Assembly (NCBI GenBank): GCA_947494715.1
Contig: CANLWG010000009.1
Coordinates: 1,405-65,404 of the forward strand
DNA: 64,000 nt
Origin: an uncultured Flavobacteriaceae bacterium
Lineage (GTDB): Bacteria > Bacteroidota > Bacteroidia > Flavobacteriales > Flavobacteriaceae
Reading direction: 5' to 3'
The position numbers and the translations under genes are program-made. This document shows positions 41,130-51,209 of this stretch, in pieces (positions within the stretch are counted from its first letter, which is position 1; each line of letters begins with the position of its first letter). The notes under the pieces were generated by a model, which saw nothing but the letters and a program-made list of their open reading frames with translations, did not search any database and was not told the origin of the DNA.

Positions 41130-42257
41130 CTATTTTTTCTTGAATTCTGAAGGTGCCGTTCCCGTATATTTTTTAAAGTAGCGATTGAAGGAAGATTTTG
41201 ATTTAAAGCCACAATCAAATGCAATTCCCAAAATGGACAGATGCCGGTAATCTGCTGATAGCAATCTCTTCTTTGCCTCTTCCACTCTATATTGATTGAT
41301 GAAATCATAAAAGTTTTTCTGAAAATACTGATTGATGACCTGTGAAAGATGGGGAGGCGAGATTTGACTTTGTTCTGCAAGGAGGGTCAAGTTGAGGTCT
41401 TCGTTCAAAAAAGGTTTTTCCTTCTCCATATGCTTGTTCAATTGATTTGCCAAAATTTCGATTTTTTCGGACGTAAGTCCTGATTTGGAGTATGAGGCCT
41501 TTTCGGACATAGTAATTTTCAAATCTGTCATACGTCCAGCATCTATATTGGAAAAAATAGCAGTCTGTCGAAATCCATAAAATCCGAAAGCGATTAACAT
41601 TAAACATAGCGTTATTCCAACAAGGGCAAAGGCATTTTCAATAGGCAAAAGCTGAAAATGGATGGCTCCAAAAATCAGGATAGAAGTCACCAAAAAAAGT
41701 AAAAAATAGGAGTAGACAATATAGTTTACCCATTTAAGGTTGACCTTTTCATAGAACGAGAAGAATGCTACGATATTCTTGCTGTGTTTCCTTAACAAGG
41801 CTAAATCCCAAACACAATAGAAAAGTCCGGATAGGGCCAAGGGCACTGCATAGTACTGCATCCAAATCGGAGGACTTTTTGGGAGTCGAAAAAGCCCATT
41901 AGTGGCAATAAGGACTATCCCATCGCGCTCTTGTACTAAAAACAGCAACAAGATATATATTGGGTAAATACCAAGATGTGCCAAAACAATTTTCCATGTT
42001 ACGGAGCGTCCGGTCAACGCCAGAATATAAAGAAATAAAAGAGGTGCACCCAACAAAGGCAGTCCAAAGGAGGCGATGGCCCAAATACCCCGGAATTCAA
42101 AACGGTAAATAGTAATCTCATAAAAAGCAATTTGGCCGAGCGTAACCATTATCCAACACAGGAAAAAATAATCCTCTTGTTTTTTGCTTCTTTTAAATAG
42201 CAAAAGCCAAAACATTAAGGTGCCTATGCCCAACCCTGCATTTAGGATAACTTCCAT
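41130..42257 (-). CDS. Membrane-bound AraC regulator (7TM N-terminal sensor + AraC HTH)
   Basis: Hydrophobic N-terminal 230 aa; FYDFINQYRVEEAK, CGFKSKSSFNRYFKK. Confidence 0.9.
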   Translation of the reverse strand: MEVILNAGLGIGTLMFWLLLFKRSKKQEDYFFLCWIMVTLGQIAFYEITIYRFEFRGIWAIASFGLPLLGAPLLFLYILALTGRSVTWKIVLAHLGIYPIYILLLFLVQERDGIVLIATNGLFRLPKSPPIWMQYYAVPLALSGLFYCVWDLALLRKHSKNIVAFFSFYEKVNLKWVNYIVYSYFLLFLVTSILIFGAIHFQLLPIENAFALVGITLCLMLIAFGFYGFRQTAIFSNIDAGRMTDLKITMSEKASYSKSGLTSEKIEILANQLNKHMEKEKPFLNEDLNLTLLAEQSQISPPHLSQVINQYFQKNFYDFINQYRVEEAKKRLLSADYRHLSILGIAFDCGFKSKSSFNRYFKKYTGTAPSEFKKK

Positions 42258-42314
42258 AAAAGTGTATTGTTCCGAACTACAAACTAATACATTATTAAAA
42301 TAGGGCGGTGGTCA

Positions 42315-43361
42315 TTACCTGGAAAAAGAATTCCATCCCTGTGCCGTTAATGGAATTTGGTTTCCTCCCCGTCCAATTAAATTGGCACCTAAAGAATCAT
42401 CCGTCATATGCCCAACGACGGTCAAATTTGGATTGCCTTTGATTTTGTCAAAGTCCTTTTGGTCAATTGTAAACAGCAGCTCATAATCCTCACCACCACT
42501 AAGGGCCACCAAAGTACTATCCATCTTAAATTCCTCACAGGCCGAAATGACTGTGGGGTCCAGTGGGATTCTATCCTCGAACAACTTACACCCCACTCGG
42601 CTCTGTTTACAGAGATGTAATATTTCAGAGGACAGACCATCACTAATATCGATCATAGCCGTTGGCGTTACCCCGAGGTTTTCCAAAAGCTCAACCATAT
42701 CTTTTCGCGCCTCGGGTTTCAATTGTCGTTGTACAACATAGGAATAGGGCTCCAGATCGGGTTGACTATTAGGATTGACTTTAAAAACTTCCTTTTCCCT
42801 TTCAAGCACTTGTAGACCCATATAAGCTCCGCCCAAATCTCCGGAAACGACAAGCAGGTCGTTCGGTTTTGCTCCGTTTCGGTAAACAATGTTTTCCTCC
42901 TTACTTTCTCCAATCGCGGTTACACTGATGAGCATACCTTTCGTAGAAGAAGTGGTGTCCCCTCCGGCCAAATCCACTTTATAAAAATTGCAGGCCAGGG
43001 CAATGCCTTCGTAAAGTTCTTCGAGCGCTTCCAAGGGAAATCTATTCGAAACTGCAATAGACACCAAAATTTGGGAGGCCTTGGCATTCATGGCATACAC
43101 GTCCGATAAATTTACCACGACAGCCTTATATCCCAGGTGTTTCAAAGGCATATAGCTGAGGTCAAAATGGATTCCCTCTACCAGCAAGTCGTTGGTAACT
43201 ATTGTCCTTGCATCCTTAAAATTGAGCACGGCGGCATCATCGCCAATGCCTTTTATTGTCGATTTTAGATTTATGGGGAAGTCCTTGGTCAAATGGTCTA
43301 TTAATCCAAATTCTCCCAATTGCTCCAGGGAGGTGCGTTCCTGATTCTTGTTTTCCAGCAT
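42315..43361 (-). CDS. thiL: Thiamine-monophosphate kinase
   Basis: GEFGLI, GIGDDAA, NLSDVYAM, GGDT, IDISDGL, GGEDYEL. Confidence 0.97.
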   Translation of the reverse strand: MLENKNQERTSLEQLGEFGLIDHLTKDFPINLKSTIKGIGDDAAVLNFKDARTIVTNDLLVEGIHFDLSYMPLKHLGYKAVVVNLSDVYAMNAKASQILVSIAVSNRFPLEALEELYEGIALACNFYKVDLAGGDTTSSTKGMLISVTAIGESKEENIVYRNGAKPNDLLVVSGDLGGAYMGLQVLEREKEVFKVNPNSQPDLEPYSYVVQRQLKPEARKDMVELLENLGVTPTAMIDISDGLSSEILHLCKQSRVGCKLFEDRIPLDPTVISACEEFKMDSTLVALSGGEDYELLFTIDQKDFDKIKGNPNLTVVGHMTDDSLGANLIGRGGNQIPLTAQGWNSFSR

Positions 43362-43426
43362 GCCGCAAAAATAAGGAGGATATAATATAAATAGTATCTT
43401 TACTAGAAAAGAACTTAAATTAGGCT

Positions 43427-44677
43427 ATGCAAAGGTTCTTCACTTTCCTATTTGGCACTTTCCTATTTTTTAGTTGCTCCAATGATGACAATGGCAGTGG
43501 TGATAACGGCAATATGGATAATCAAGCACCACAGGATAACATTGATGATACGGTCGGGTTTACCCCTTGTGAGAATGGAACAGCAGGACCATTTGCGTGT
43601 GATGGATATGATTTGTTGAGGAGAATTCCGCTATCGGATTTTGGAGCAAATTCCGGAAATGATATCTGGGGATGGACGGATAGCTCCACCAGCAAGGAAT
43701 ATGCCCTGGTAGGATTGGACAACGGAACGGCCTTTGTGGATATATCGGATACCGAGAATTTGGTGTATTTGGGAAAACTGCCCACCGCTACGGTTGCCAG
43801 CACTTGGCGTGATATTAAAGTATACAACGACCATGCATTTATAGTCTCCGAAGCCAATGGACATGGTATGCAGGTCTTCGACCTCACCAGATTGCGAAAT
43901 GTGGCCAATCCACCACAAACTTTTGACGAGGATGCGCAATATACCGGATTTGGCAATGCGCATAATGTGGTGGTTAATGAAGATACCGGGTTTGCCTATT
44001 CCGTAGGTACGGCAAGGGACGATATTTTTAATGGTGGGGTTCATTTTATAGATGTCCAGGACCCTAAAAGTCCGGTTTCCGTAGGAGGGTATGGGGCCAG
44101 TGGGTATTCACATGATGCACAGGTGGTTACGTATAATGGACCGGACCTGGATTATACCGGTAAGGAAATCTACATAGGAGCAAACGAAAACAGAGTAGTG
44201 ATTGCCGATGTTACCGATAAAGAGAATCCTTCGGAAATAGCCACCCTTCAGTACGGCAATATTGGTTATACCCATCAGGGGTGGTTTACGGAAGATCAAA
44301 TCTATTTTATTCTTGGGGACGAAACCGACGAAATAGATTTCGGGTTCCAATCGCGAACTTTGATTTTTGATTTCACTGATTTAGATCAACCCGTACTACA
44401 TCATACCTATTTGGGCCCGACCAGTGCCATAGACCACAATGGATATGTAAAGGGGAATCAATTTTTCTTGGCCAATTATGCGGCAGGAATCCGTGTTCTC
44501 GATATTTCGGACATAGCGAACAGGAGCGTTGTTGAAGAAGGTTTTTTTGATACCTATCCCGAAAACGATACCCCTGGTTTTGAAGGCGTTTGGAGTGTTT
44601 ACCCTTATTTTGAAAGTGGAAAAATCATTGTTAGTGATACGAATTCAGGACTTTTCGTAATAAGGAAATCGGATTAA
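43427..44677 (+). CDS. Choice-of-anchor B family protein (lipoprotein)
   Basis: Lipobox FSC; GNDIWGWTD, STWRDIKVY, YSHDAQ, YTHQGW, IDHNGY. Confidence 0.88.
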   Translation: MQRFFTFLFGTFLFFSCSNDDNGSGDNGNMDNQAPQDNIDDTVGFTPCENGTAGPFACDGYDLLRRIPLSDFGANSGNDIWGWTDSSTSKEYALVGLDNGTAFVDISDTENLVYLGKLPTATVASTWRDIKVYNDHAFIVSEANGHGMQVFDLTRLRNVANPPQTFDEDAQYTGFGNAHNVVVNEDTGFAYSVGTARDDIFNGGVHFIDVQDPKSPVSVGGYGASGYSHDAQVVTYNGPDLDYTGKEIYIGANENRVVIADVTDKENPSEIATLQYGNIGYTHQGWFTEDQIYFILGDETDEIDFGFQSRTLIFDFTDLDQPVLHHTYLGPTSAIDHNGYVKGNQFFLANYAAGIRVLDISDIANRSVVEEGFFDTYPENDTPGFEGVWSVYPYFESGKIIVSDTNSGLFVIRKSD

Positions 44678-44713
44678 AGATAGTTAACCTTGATGTCTTG
44701 AAAATAGATTGCA

Positions 44714-46075
44714 ATGAAAAAGATATTCTTTTTATTTTTTTTGATAGGCTTAATTAGCTGTTCTACAGATTCTGAAAATGACGATTCAGAAAACCAGCCC
44801 GTGGAAAGAGAAGAGGAAAATATTTTTGAGGGCAAGATTGATTGGGTAAAGAGTTTTGGCGGATCGGGAGAGGATACCCCTAGGACCCTGATTACCACTT
44901 CGGATGGAGGCTATGCCATATTGGGATATACCAATAGTACCGATGGGGATCTTGTAGGCAAAACCTTGGAGGTAAACGATTATTGGTTATTGAAATTAGA
45001 TGCGGACGGCGACTTGCAATGGAGCAAAACATACGGCGGTAGCAAGGATGACAGGGGGCAATCCGTGGTGCAGACTATGGATGATGGATATGCCATTACG
45101 GGTTATGCCATGAGTAGTGATGGCGATGGCAGCAAGAATGAAGGTTTTCATGATAATTGGATCGTTAAGTTGGATGCTTCGGGAAATATTGAATGGGAGC
45201 GAAGCTATGGGTTTTCGGGACATGACCATTCCTATGATTTAGTACAGACCGTTGATGGCGGGTACTTTTTTATTGGCTTTTTGGACATTACCGCCGCCAG
45301 ATCGGATGGATATGAAGAAAAGGGCTATTCCCAAACGAGACATGGTGTGGGCGAGTTTTGGGGTACAAAGATTGATGCCCAAGGTAACATAGAATGGCGA
45401 AGATATTTTGGAGGAACCAATAATGACAGAGCCCATGCCGTGGTACAGGCGGATGATGGCGGCTTTGTTATGGCAGGGTTTTCGGAAAGTGATGATTTTG
45501 ATATCTCAAATACGAAGGGGAGTTATGATTTTTGGGTCCTTAAGATCAATGCTCAAGGAGATTTAGTTTGGGAACGCTCATTCGGCGGAACGGGAATCGA
45601 AATTTCACAGGACATTGTAAAAACCAAGGATGGGAATTATGTGGTTACAGGACATACTTTTAGTACCGATACCGATATTTCCAAAAACAATGGGGAGTCC
45701 GATATCTGGATGATAAAAATTGATGATTCTGGAAATCTGTTATGGGAAAAAACTTTTGGGGGTTCTCAGTTCGACGCCTCGGAAAATGTGAGTCTGGCAA
45801 ACGATGGCGGATTTATAATCTCCGGGAACTCCAAAAGTTCAGATGCCGACCTCACCGAAAATGAAGGTGAAAACGATCTTTGGGTCATAAAGACAGATGC
45901 CGATGGCAAGTTGATTTGGCAGAAAAGTTATGGAACCGTAGGATTGGACTTTGGGTTTGATGCCCTTCAAAATCAAGATGGAAGTATTCTCTTTACAGGC
46001 GAGATGGATGCCCCTGGCTTTCTAGAACTTCAAGGCAAAGGAAAGACAGATTTGGTCTTAATTAAAATTAAATGA
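44714..46075 (+). CDS. Lipoprotein with ~50-aa repeats forming a beta-propeller
   Basis: Repeated W.K.(Y/F)GGS..D....(T/A).DGG...G...S motifs; lipobox ISC. Confidence 0.85.
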   Translation: MKKIFFLFFLIGLISCSTDSENDDSENQPVEREEENIFEGKIDWVKSFGGSGEDTPRTLITTSDGGYAILGYTNSTDGDLVGKTLEVNDYWLLKLDADGDLQWSKTYGGSKDDRGQSVVQTMDDGYAITGYAMSSDGDGSKNEGFHDNWIVKLDASGNIEWERSYGFSGHDHSYDLVQTVDGGYFFIGFLDITAARSDGYEEKGYSQTRHGVGEFWGTKIDAQGNIEWRRYFGGTNNDRAHAVVQADDGGFVMAGFSESDDFDISNTKGSYDFWVLKINAQGDLVWERSFGGTGIEISQDIVKTKDGNYVVTGHTFSTDTDISKNNGESDIWMIKIDDSGNLLWEKTFGGSQFDASENVSLANDGGFIISGNSKSSDADLTENEGENDLWVIKTDADGKLIWQKSYGTVGLDFGFDALQNQDGSILFTGEMDAPGFLELQGKGKTDLVLIKIK

Positions 46076-46170
46076 TTTTCTTTTTTTAGGAGACGCATCC
46101 CATAAGTTAATCTTATACTTTTATACGTTATAATAATGTTAGGGGATGTGGTAAAAACCCCACGATAACT

Positions 46171-46178
46171 TATATTTG
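46171..46178 (+). promoter_or_regulatory. Bacteroidetes -7 element for suf operon
   Basis: TATATTTG ~30 nt upstream of sufA ATG. Confidence 0.6.
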
Positions 46179-46209
46179 TTTAACTATTTAGAATAAATCC
46201 AATTAAGAT

Positions 46210-46539
46210 ATGATTCAAGTATCGGAAACGGCCAAGCAAAAAGTTGTCACATTAATGACAGAGGAAGGTTTTGATGCTTCCAAGGACTATGTTCGCGTAG
46301 GTGTAAAAAGCGGAGGATGTAGTGGGTTGTCCTATGAATTAAATTTTGATAATAAGGTAGATGAAGCCGACAAGGTTTTTGAGGATAATGATGTTCGCAT
46401 CATTGTGGATAAAAAGAGTTTTCTGTACCTCGTAGGCACAACCTTGGAATATTCTGGCGGATTAAACGGCAAAGGCTTTGTATTCAACAATCCCAATGCC
46501 CAAAGAACCTGTGGGTGTGGCGAGAGCTTCTCACTGTAA
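46210..46539 (+). CDS. sufA: A-type Fe-S carrier (HesB/IscA/SufA family)
   Basis: GGCSGLSY, CGCGESF. Confidence 0.93.
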   Translation: MIQVSETAKQKVVTLMTEEGFDASKDYVRVGVKSGGCSGLSYELNFDNKVDEADKVFEDNDVRIIVDKKSFLYLVGTTLEYSGGLNGKGFVFNNPNAQRTCGCGESFSL

Positions 46540-46594
46540 TTTGAAGATAGGATGATTTTCGAACGGACACCCCTAAACTAACTAATCGAAAAAA

Positions 46595-48040
46595 ATGGCA
46601 TATACTGAAGAGGAATTAAAAAAAGAACTGGAGACCAAGGAATATGAGTATGGTTTCTATACCGATATCGAGTCGGATACCCTTCCCAAAGGACTCAGCG
46701 AGGAAATCGTAATAGCCATTTCCAAGAAAAAGGAAGAACCTGACTGGATGACACAATGGCGCTTGGAATCCTACCGGTATTGGAAGGAGATGGCAGAACC
46801 GGAATGGGCCAATATTCGTTACAAGAAACCAGAATTTCAGGATATATCCTATTATTCGGCACCCAACAAAAAGCCCAAATACGAGAGTTTGGACGAGGTA
46901 GATCCCGAATTGTTGGAGACCTTCAAAAAATTGGGGATTTCCCTTGACGAACAAAAAAAGTTGGCAGGAGTTGCGGTGGATATCGTTATGGACTCCGTTT
47001 CTGTGGCCACTACCTTTAAAAAGACCCTGGCAGAAAAGGGGATTATTTTTTGTTCCATTTCAGAGGCCATACAGGAACATCCGGAACTGGTCAAAAAATA
47101 TATAGGCTCTGTTGTTCCACAAAAAGACAATTTTTATGCCGCTTTGAATTCGGCGGTATTCTCGGATGGGAGTTTCTGCTACATACCCAAAGGGGTAAGA
47201 TGCCCAATGGAGCTCTCCACATACTTTCGGATAAATCAGGCTGGTACAGGCCAGTTTGAGCGAACATTGGTCATAGCCGATGAAGGTAGTTACGTGAGTT
47301 ATCTAGAAGGGTGTACGGCCCCCTCACGTGACGAAAATCAATTGCATGCAGCCGTAGTGGAGCTTGTGGCATTGGACAATGCCGAAATAAAATACTCAAC
47401 GGTACAAAACTGGTTTCCCGGGGATAAGGAAGGCAAAGGAGGTGTTTATAATTTTGTAACCAAACGGGGAATATGTGAGAAAAACGCAAAAATTTCTTGG
47501 ACCCAGGTAGAAACAGGCTCGGCCATAACTTGGAAGTATCCTTCCTGTATTTTAAAGGGGGACAATTCCATTGGGGAATTCTATTCCATCGCCGTTACCA
47601 ACAACTTTCAACAAGCGGATACAGGAACTAAAATGGTGCATTTGGGCAAAAATACCCGAAGTACTATTATATCCAAAGGTATTTCCGCCGGACACTCCCA
47701 GAACAGCTATAGGGGTTTGGTACAGGTAAATAGCAGAGCGGAAAATGCTCGAAATTTTTCGCAGTGTGATTCCCTTTTGATGGGCAACGAATGTGGTGCG
47801 CATACTTTTCCCTATATCGAGGCCAAGAATAAATCAGCGCAGATAGAGCATGAGGCCACGACAAGTAAAATTGGTGAAGATCAAATCTTTTATTGCAACC
47901 AACGGGGAATAGATACCGAGAAGGCCATCGCCCTTATTGTAAATGGTTTCAGTAAGGAGGTATTGAACAAGTTACCTATGGAGTTTGCCGTTGAGGCCCA
48001 AAAATTGTTGGAGATAAGTTTAGAAGGTTCGGTTGGCTAG
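46595..48040 (+). CDS. sufB: Fe-S cluster assembly protein SufB
   Basis: [32 protein letters not shown]. Confidence 0.98.
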   Translation: MAYTEEELKKELETKEYEYGFYTDIESDTLPKGLSEEIVIAISKKKEEPDWMTQWRLESYRYWKEMAEPEWANIRYKKPEFQDISYYSAPNKKPKYESLDEVDPELLETFKKLGISLDEQKKLAGVAVDIVMDSVSVATTFKKTLAEKGIIFCSISEAIQEHPELVKKYIGSVVPQKDNFYAALNSAVFSDGSFCYIPKGVRCPMELSTYFRINQAGTGQFERTLVIADEGSYVSYLEGCTAPSRDENQLHAAVVELVALDNAEIKYSTVQNWFPGDKEGKGGVYNFVTKRGICEKNAKISWTQVETGSAITWKYPSCILKGDNSIGEFYSIAVTNNFQQADTGTKMVHLGKNTRSTIISKGISAGHSQNSYRGLVQVNSRAENARNFSQCDSLLMGNECGAHTFPYIEAKNKSAQIEHEATTSKIGEDQIFYCNQRGIDTEKAIALIVNGFSKEVLNKLPMEFAVEAQKLLEISLEGSVG

Positions 48041-48053
48041 TAAGACTGGCGAT

Positions 48054-48932
48054 ATGAAAAGAATAGTACTTGTTATAGTTTCGATTTTTGTGGTCTTTTC
48101 ATGTAAAGACCACAAAAAGGAAATGGCTCATACAGATTCATCTGGTACTGAAACCCAAAGACCGGAAATAAAGCTTTATGTTTTTGATGGAGGTACCGTA
48201 CAGGTAAATAAATTGGGACTTTTTTCACAAGATGATACCTATGAAGGACAAAATGCTGAGTTCGCGGATGCCTTTTATGTCATCAGTCATCCAGATGGTA
48301 ATTTAATGTGGGATGCAGGATTGCCTGAAAATCTTGTAGGGCTTACAGAACCCTACACCTCTCCGGACGGGGCATTTACCGTCTCCAGAAAAGACTCCGT
48401 GATCAATCAGCTAAAGCGTATTGGTTTAGCCCCGGCAGATTTCAAATATATTGCACTGTCCCATACCCACTTTGATCACAGTGGACATGCCAATGTTTTT
48501 AAGGAAGCAACATGGTTGGTCCAAGAAGAGGAATATGATTTTATAACCAGTAAGGAAACCCGGAAAAATAATCCGGATAGCTACAATGCCATCAAGGAAT
48601 TGACTCGTATTAAAAAGCTTAAAGGTGATTTTGATGTATTTGGGGATGGCAGTGTAATCCTAAAGTTTATGCCGGGTCATACCCCGGGCCATCAGATATT
48701 GTTTGTGGACTTAAAGGGCCATGGCCCTCTACTTTTGACGGGAGACCTATATCATTTTTCCGATAATAGAAAGTTTAGGCGAGTCCCTATTTTCAATTAT
48801 GATATATCCAAGACCAGGGCCAGTATGGATGCTTTTGAGGCGTTTGCGAAGGAGAAAAAGGCCAAGGTGTATTTACAACATTCCAAAGAAGATTTTAATG
48901 AGATGCCCAAGGCACCAGAATATTTAAAATAA
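48054..48932 (+). CDS. Metallo-beta-lactamase-fold N-acyl homoserine lactonase family lipoprotein
   Basis: HTHFDHSGH (HxHxDH), GHTPGH, TGDLYH; signal ending FSC; start ATG 48054. Confidence 0.85.
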   Translation: MKRIVLVIVSIFVVFSCKDHKKEMAHTDSSGTETQRPEIKLYVFDGGTVQVNKLGLFSQDDTYEGQNAEFADAFYVISHPDGNLMWDAGLPENLVGLTEPYTSPDGAFTVSRKDSVINQLKRIGLAPADFKYIALSHTHFDHSGHANVFKEATWLVQEEEYDFITSKETRKNNPDSYNAIKELTRIKKLKGDFDVFGDGSVILKFMPGHTPGHQILFVDLKGHGPLLLTGDLYHFSDNRKFRRVPIFNYDISKTRASMDAFEAFAKEKKAKVYLQHSKEDFNEMPKAPEYLK

Positions 48933-48944
48933 ATAGAAACAACT

Positions 48945-49697
48945 ATGCTAAAGATAGATAACCTGCATGCAGGTGTAGAAGGAAATGAAATATTGAACGG
49001 CATCAACCTCGAGGTAAAAGCAGGGGAAGTACATGCCATTATGGGTCCTAACGGTTCCGGTAAGAGTACCTTGGCGGCGGTGATTGCCGGTAAAGAAGAA
49101 TTTGAGGTTACCGAAGGCACCGTAGTTTTGAATGGAGAGGATTTGGAAGAGTCGGCTCCGGAAGAGCGTGCCCATAAGGGAATTTTCCTTTCTTTTCAAT
49201 ATCCTGTGGAGATTCCAGGGGTAACCGTGACCAACTTTATGAAAACAGCTATCAACGAATCCAGAAAAGCAAAAGGCTTGGAGGATATGCCCGCCAATCA
49301 GATGCTGAAATTGATTCGGGAGAAATCCGAACTTCTGGATATTAATCGAAAGTTTTTATCCAGATCGTTGAACGAAGGTTTCTCCGGAGGCGAAAAAAAG
49401 AGGAACGAGATCTTTCAAATGGCTATGTTGGAGCCTAAATTGGCCATTTTGGACGAAACTGATTCCGGTTTGGACATTGATGCGCTTCGTATCGTGGCCA
49501 ATGGTGTCAATAAACTGAAAAGCAAGGACAATGCCGTTATCATAATTACCCATTACCAGCGTTTGTTGGAGTATATAGTGCCGGATTATGTCCATGTGCT
49601 ACACGAAGGAAAAATTGTAAAATCCGGTAGCAAGGAACTGGCCTTCGAGTTGGAGGAAAAAGGGTATGACTGGATCAAAAATGAAGCGGTTGTTTAA
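48945..49697 (+). CDS. sufC: Fe-S cluster assembly ATPase SufC
   Basis: GPNGSGKS, FSGGEKKRNE, LDETDSGLD. Confidence 0.98.
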   Translation: MLKIDNLHAGVEGNEILNGINLEVKAGEVHAIMGPNGSGKSTLAAVIAGKEEFEVTEGTVVLNGEDLEESAPEERAHKGIFLSFQYPVEIPGVTVTNFMKTAINESRKAKGLEDMPANQMLKLIREKSELLDINRKFLSRSLNEGFSGGEKKRNEIFQMAMLEPKLAILDETDSGLDIDALRIVANGVNKLKSKDNAVIIITHYQRLLEYIVPDYVHVLHEGKIVKSGSKELAFELEEKGYDWIKNEAVV

Positions 49698-49730
49698 TTG
49701 ATAATCCGTAAGGAGTCGGCTGGAATCAGA

Positions 49731-49765
49731 TACTGCTTACCGAATACTATCTACTGAAGACTAAA
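49731..49765 (+). repeat. Tandem heptad array (5 x 7 nt) upstream of sufD
   Basis: tactgct taccgaa tactatc tactgaa gactaaa. Confidence 0.65.
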
Positions 49766-49768
49766 AAA

Positions 49769-51085
49769 ATGGATTTAAAAGATAAACTTATATCATCCTT
49801 TATGGCTTTCGAGAGCAATGTGGATATTGATCACCCTGTTCATGATGTTCGTGTTGAGGCGATGAAGAATTTTGAGATGAAGGGATTCCCGAACAAAAAG
49901 CTGGAAGCTTGGAAATATACTTCGTTGAACAGTTTGCAAAAGGTAGACTTTAGTATTTTTCCCAAGGAAGTCAATGCCTTGGAATATAAGGATGTTAAAA
50001 AGTATTTCCTACACGAAATGGACACCTACAAAATAGTATTTGTAGATGGCATTTATAGTTCTTTTTTATCCGAAACAACACATGACGGCGTGGATATTTG
50101 TTTGATGAGCTCGGCCCTTACCAAACCCATGTACAAGCCCGTAATCGATGTATACTTCAACAAGGTGGCGTCCAACGACGAATCCTTGACTACTTTGAAT
50201 ACTGCGTTCAGTAGAGAAGGGGCCTATATTTATATTCCAAAGAACAAAATGCCCAAAAAACCAGTAGAAATTGTGCATTTTGCCACTGGAAACGAAGCAT
50301 CCTTGATGTTACAGCCACGTAATTTGATCGTTGTGGAAGAGAATGCGGAATTACAGATTATAGAGAGGCATCAGAGCTTAACGAGCAATGAGGTGTTGAC
50401 CAATTGCGTAACGGAAATCTATGCGGCCACCAACGCTATTGTGGATTACTACAAAGTCCAGAACGATACGGCTTCCTCTTCGTTGATAGATAATACGTAT
50501 ATCAATCAGAAAAACAAAAGTGTAGTCAAGGTACATACCTTTGCCTTTGGGGGAAAGTTAACAAGGAACAATCTCAACTTCTATCAAAATGGGGAGTATA
50601 TAGACTCTACCATGAAAGGGGTTACCATATTGGGGGAGAAACAGCATGTGGACCACCATACATTGGTACATCATATAGAGCCGAATTGCGAAAGTCATCA
50701 AGACTATAAAGGTATTTATGGGGAAAACTCAACCGGAGTATTCAACGGAAAGATTATCGTGGACAAGGTGGCCCAAAAGACGAATGCCTTTCAACAGAAC
50801 AATAATATCCTGATTAGCGATAAGGCGACGATAAATACAAAACCCCAGTTGGAAATCTTTGCGGACGACGTAAAATGTTCCCATGGCTGTACCATTGGCC
50901 AGTTGGATGAAGAGGCCCTTTTTTATCTACAATCCAGGGGCATTCCCAAAAAAGAAGCCAGGGCACTGCTTATGTATGCTTTTGCCAATAATGTTTTGGA
51001 AAGTGTACGGATTCCTGAACTAAAGACAAGGATTAATAAACTGATTGCCAAAAAGTTGGGGGTTAGTTTGGGATTTGATTTGTAA
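49769..51085 (+). CDS. sufD: Fe-S cluster assembly protein SufD
   Basis: EAWKYTSL, TKPQLEIFADDVKCSHGCTIG. Confidence 0.97.
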   Translation: MDLKDKLISSFMAFESNVDIDHPVHDVRVEAMKNFEMKGFPNKKLEAWKYTSLNSLQKVDFSIFPKEVNALEYKDVKKYFLHEMDTYKIVFVDGIYSSFLSETTHDGVDICLMSSALTKPMYKPVIDVYFNKVASNDESLTTLNTAFSREGAYIYIPKNKMPKKPVEIVHFATGNEASLMLQPRNLIVVEENAELQIIERHQSLTSNEVLTNCVTEIYAATNAIVDYYKVQNDTASSSLIDNTYINQKNKSVVKVHTFAFGGKLTRNNLNFYQNGEYIDSTMKGVTILGEKQHVDHHTLVHHIEPNCESHQDYKGIYGENSTGVFNGKIIVDKVAQKTNAFQQNNNILISDKATINTKPQLEIFADDVKCSHGCTIGQLDEEALFYLQSRGIPKKEARALLMYAFANNVLESVRIPELKTRINKLIAKKLGVSLGFDL

Positions 51086-51209
51086 ATATTGGTTGGTCCA
51101 GGGTCCTTACTAGTATAAGGATGATGTAGGTTTCCTCTCGTAGAGCATGAAATGAGTAATGTTTGCAACCCATGTTAATCGTATTAGTTACAAAAAATTT
51201 AATTTAGAT

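Noticed and set aside
43362-43426. Looked for a TPP riboswitch upstream of thiL, and for other riboswitches and tRNAs in spacers
   Set aside because: No consensus elements seen; the spacer is only 65 bp
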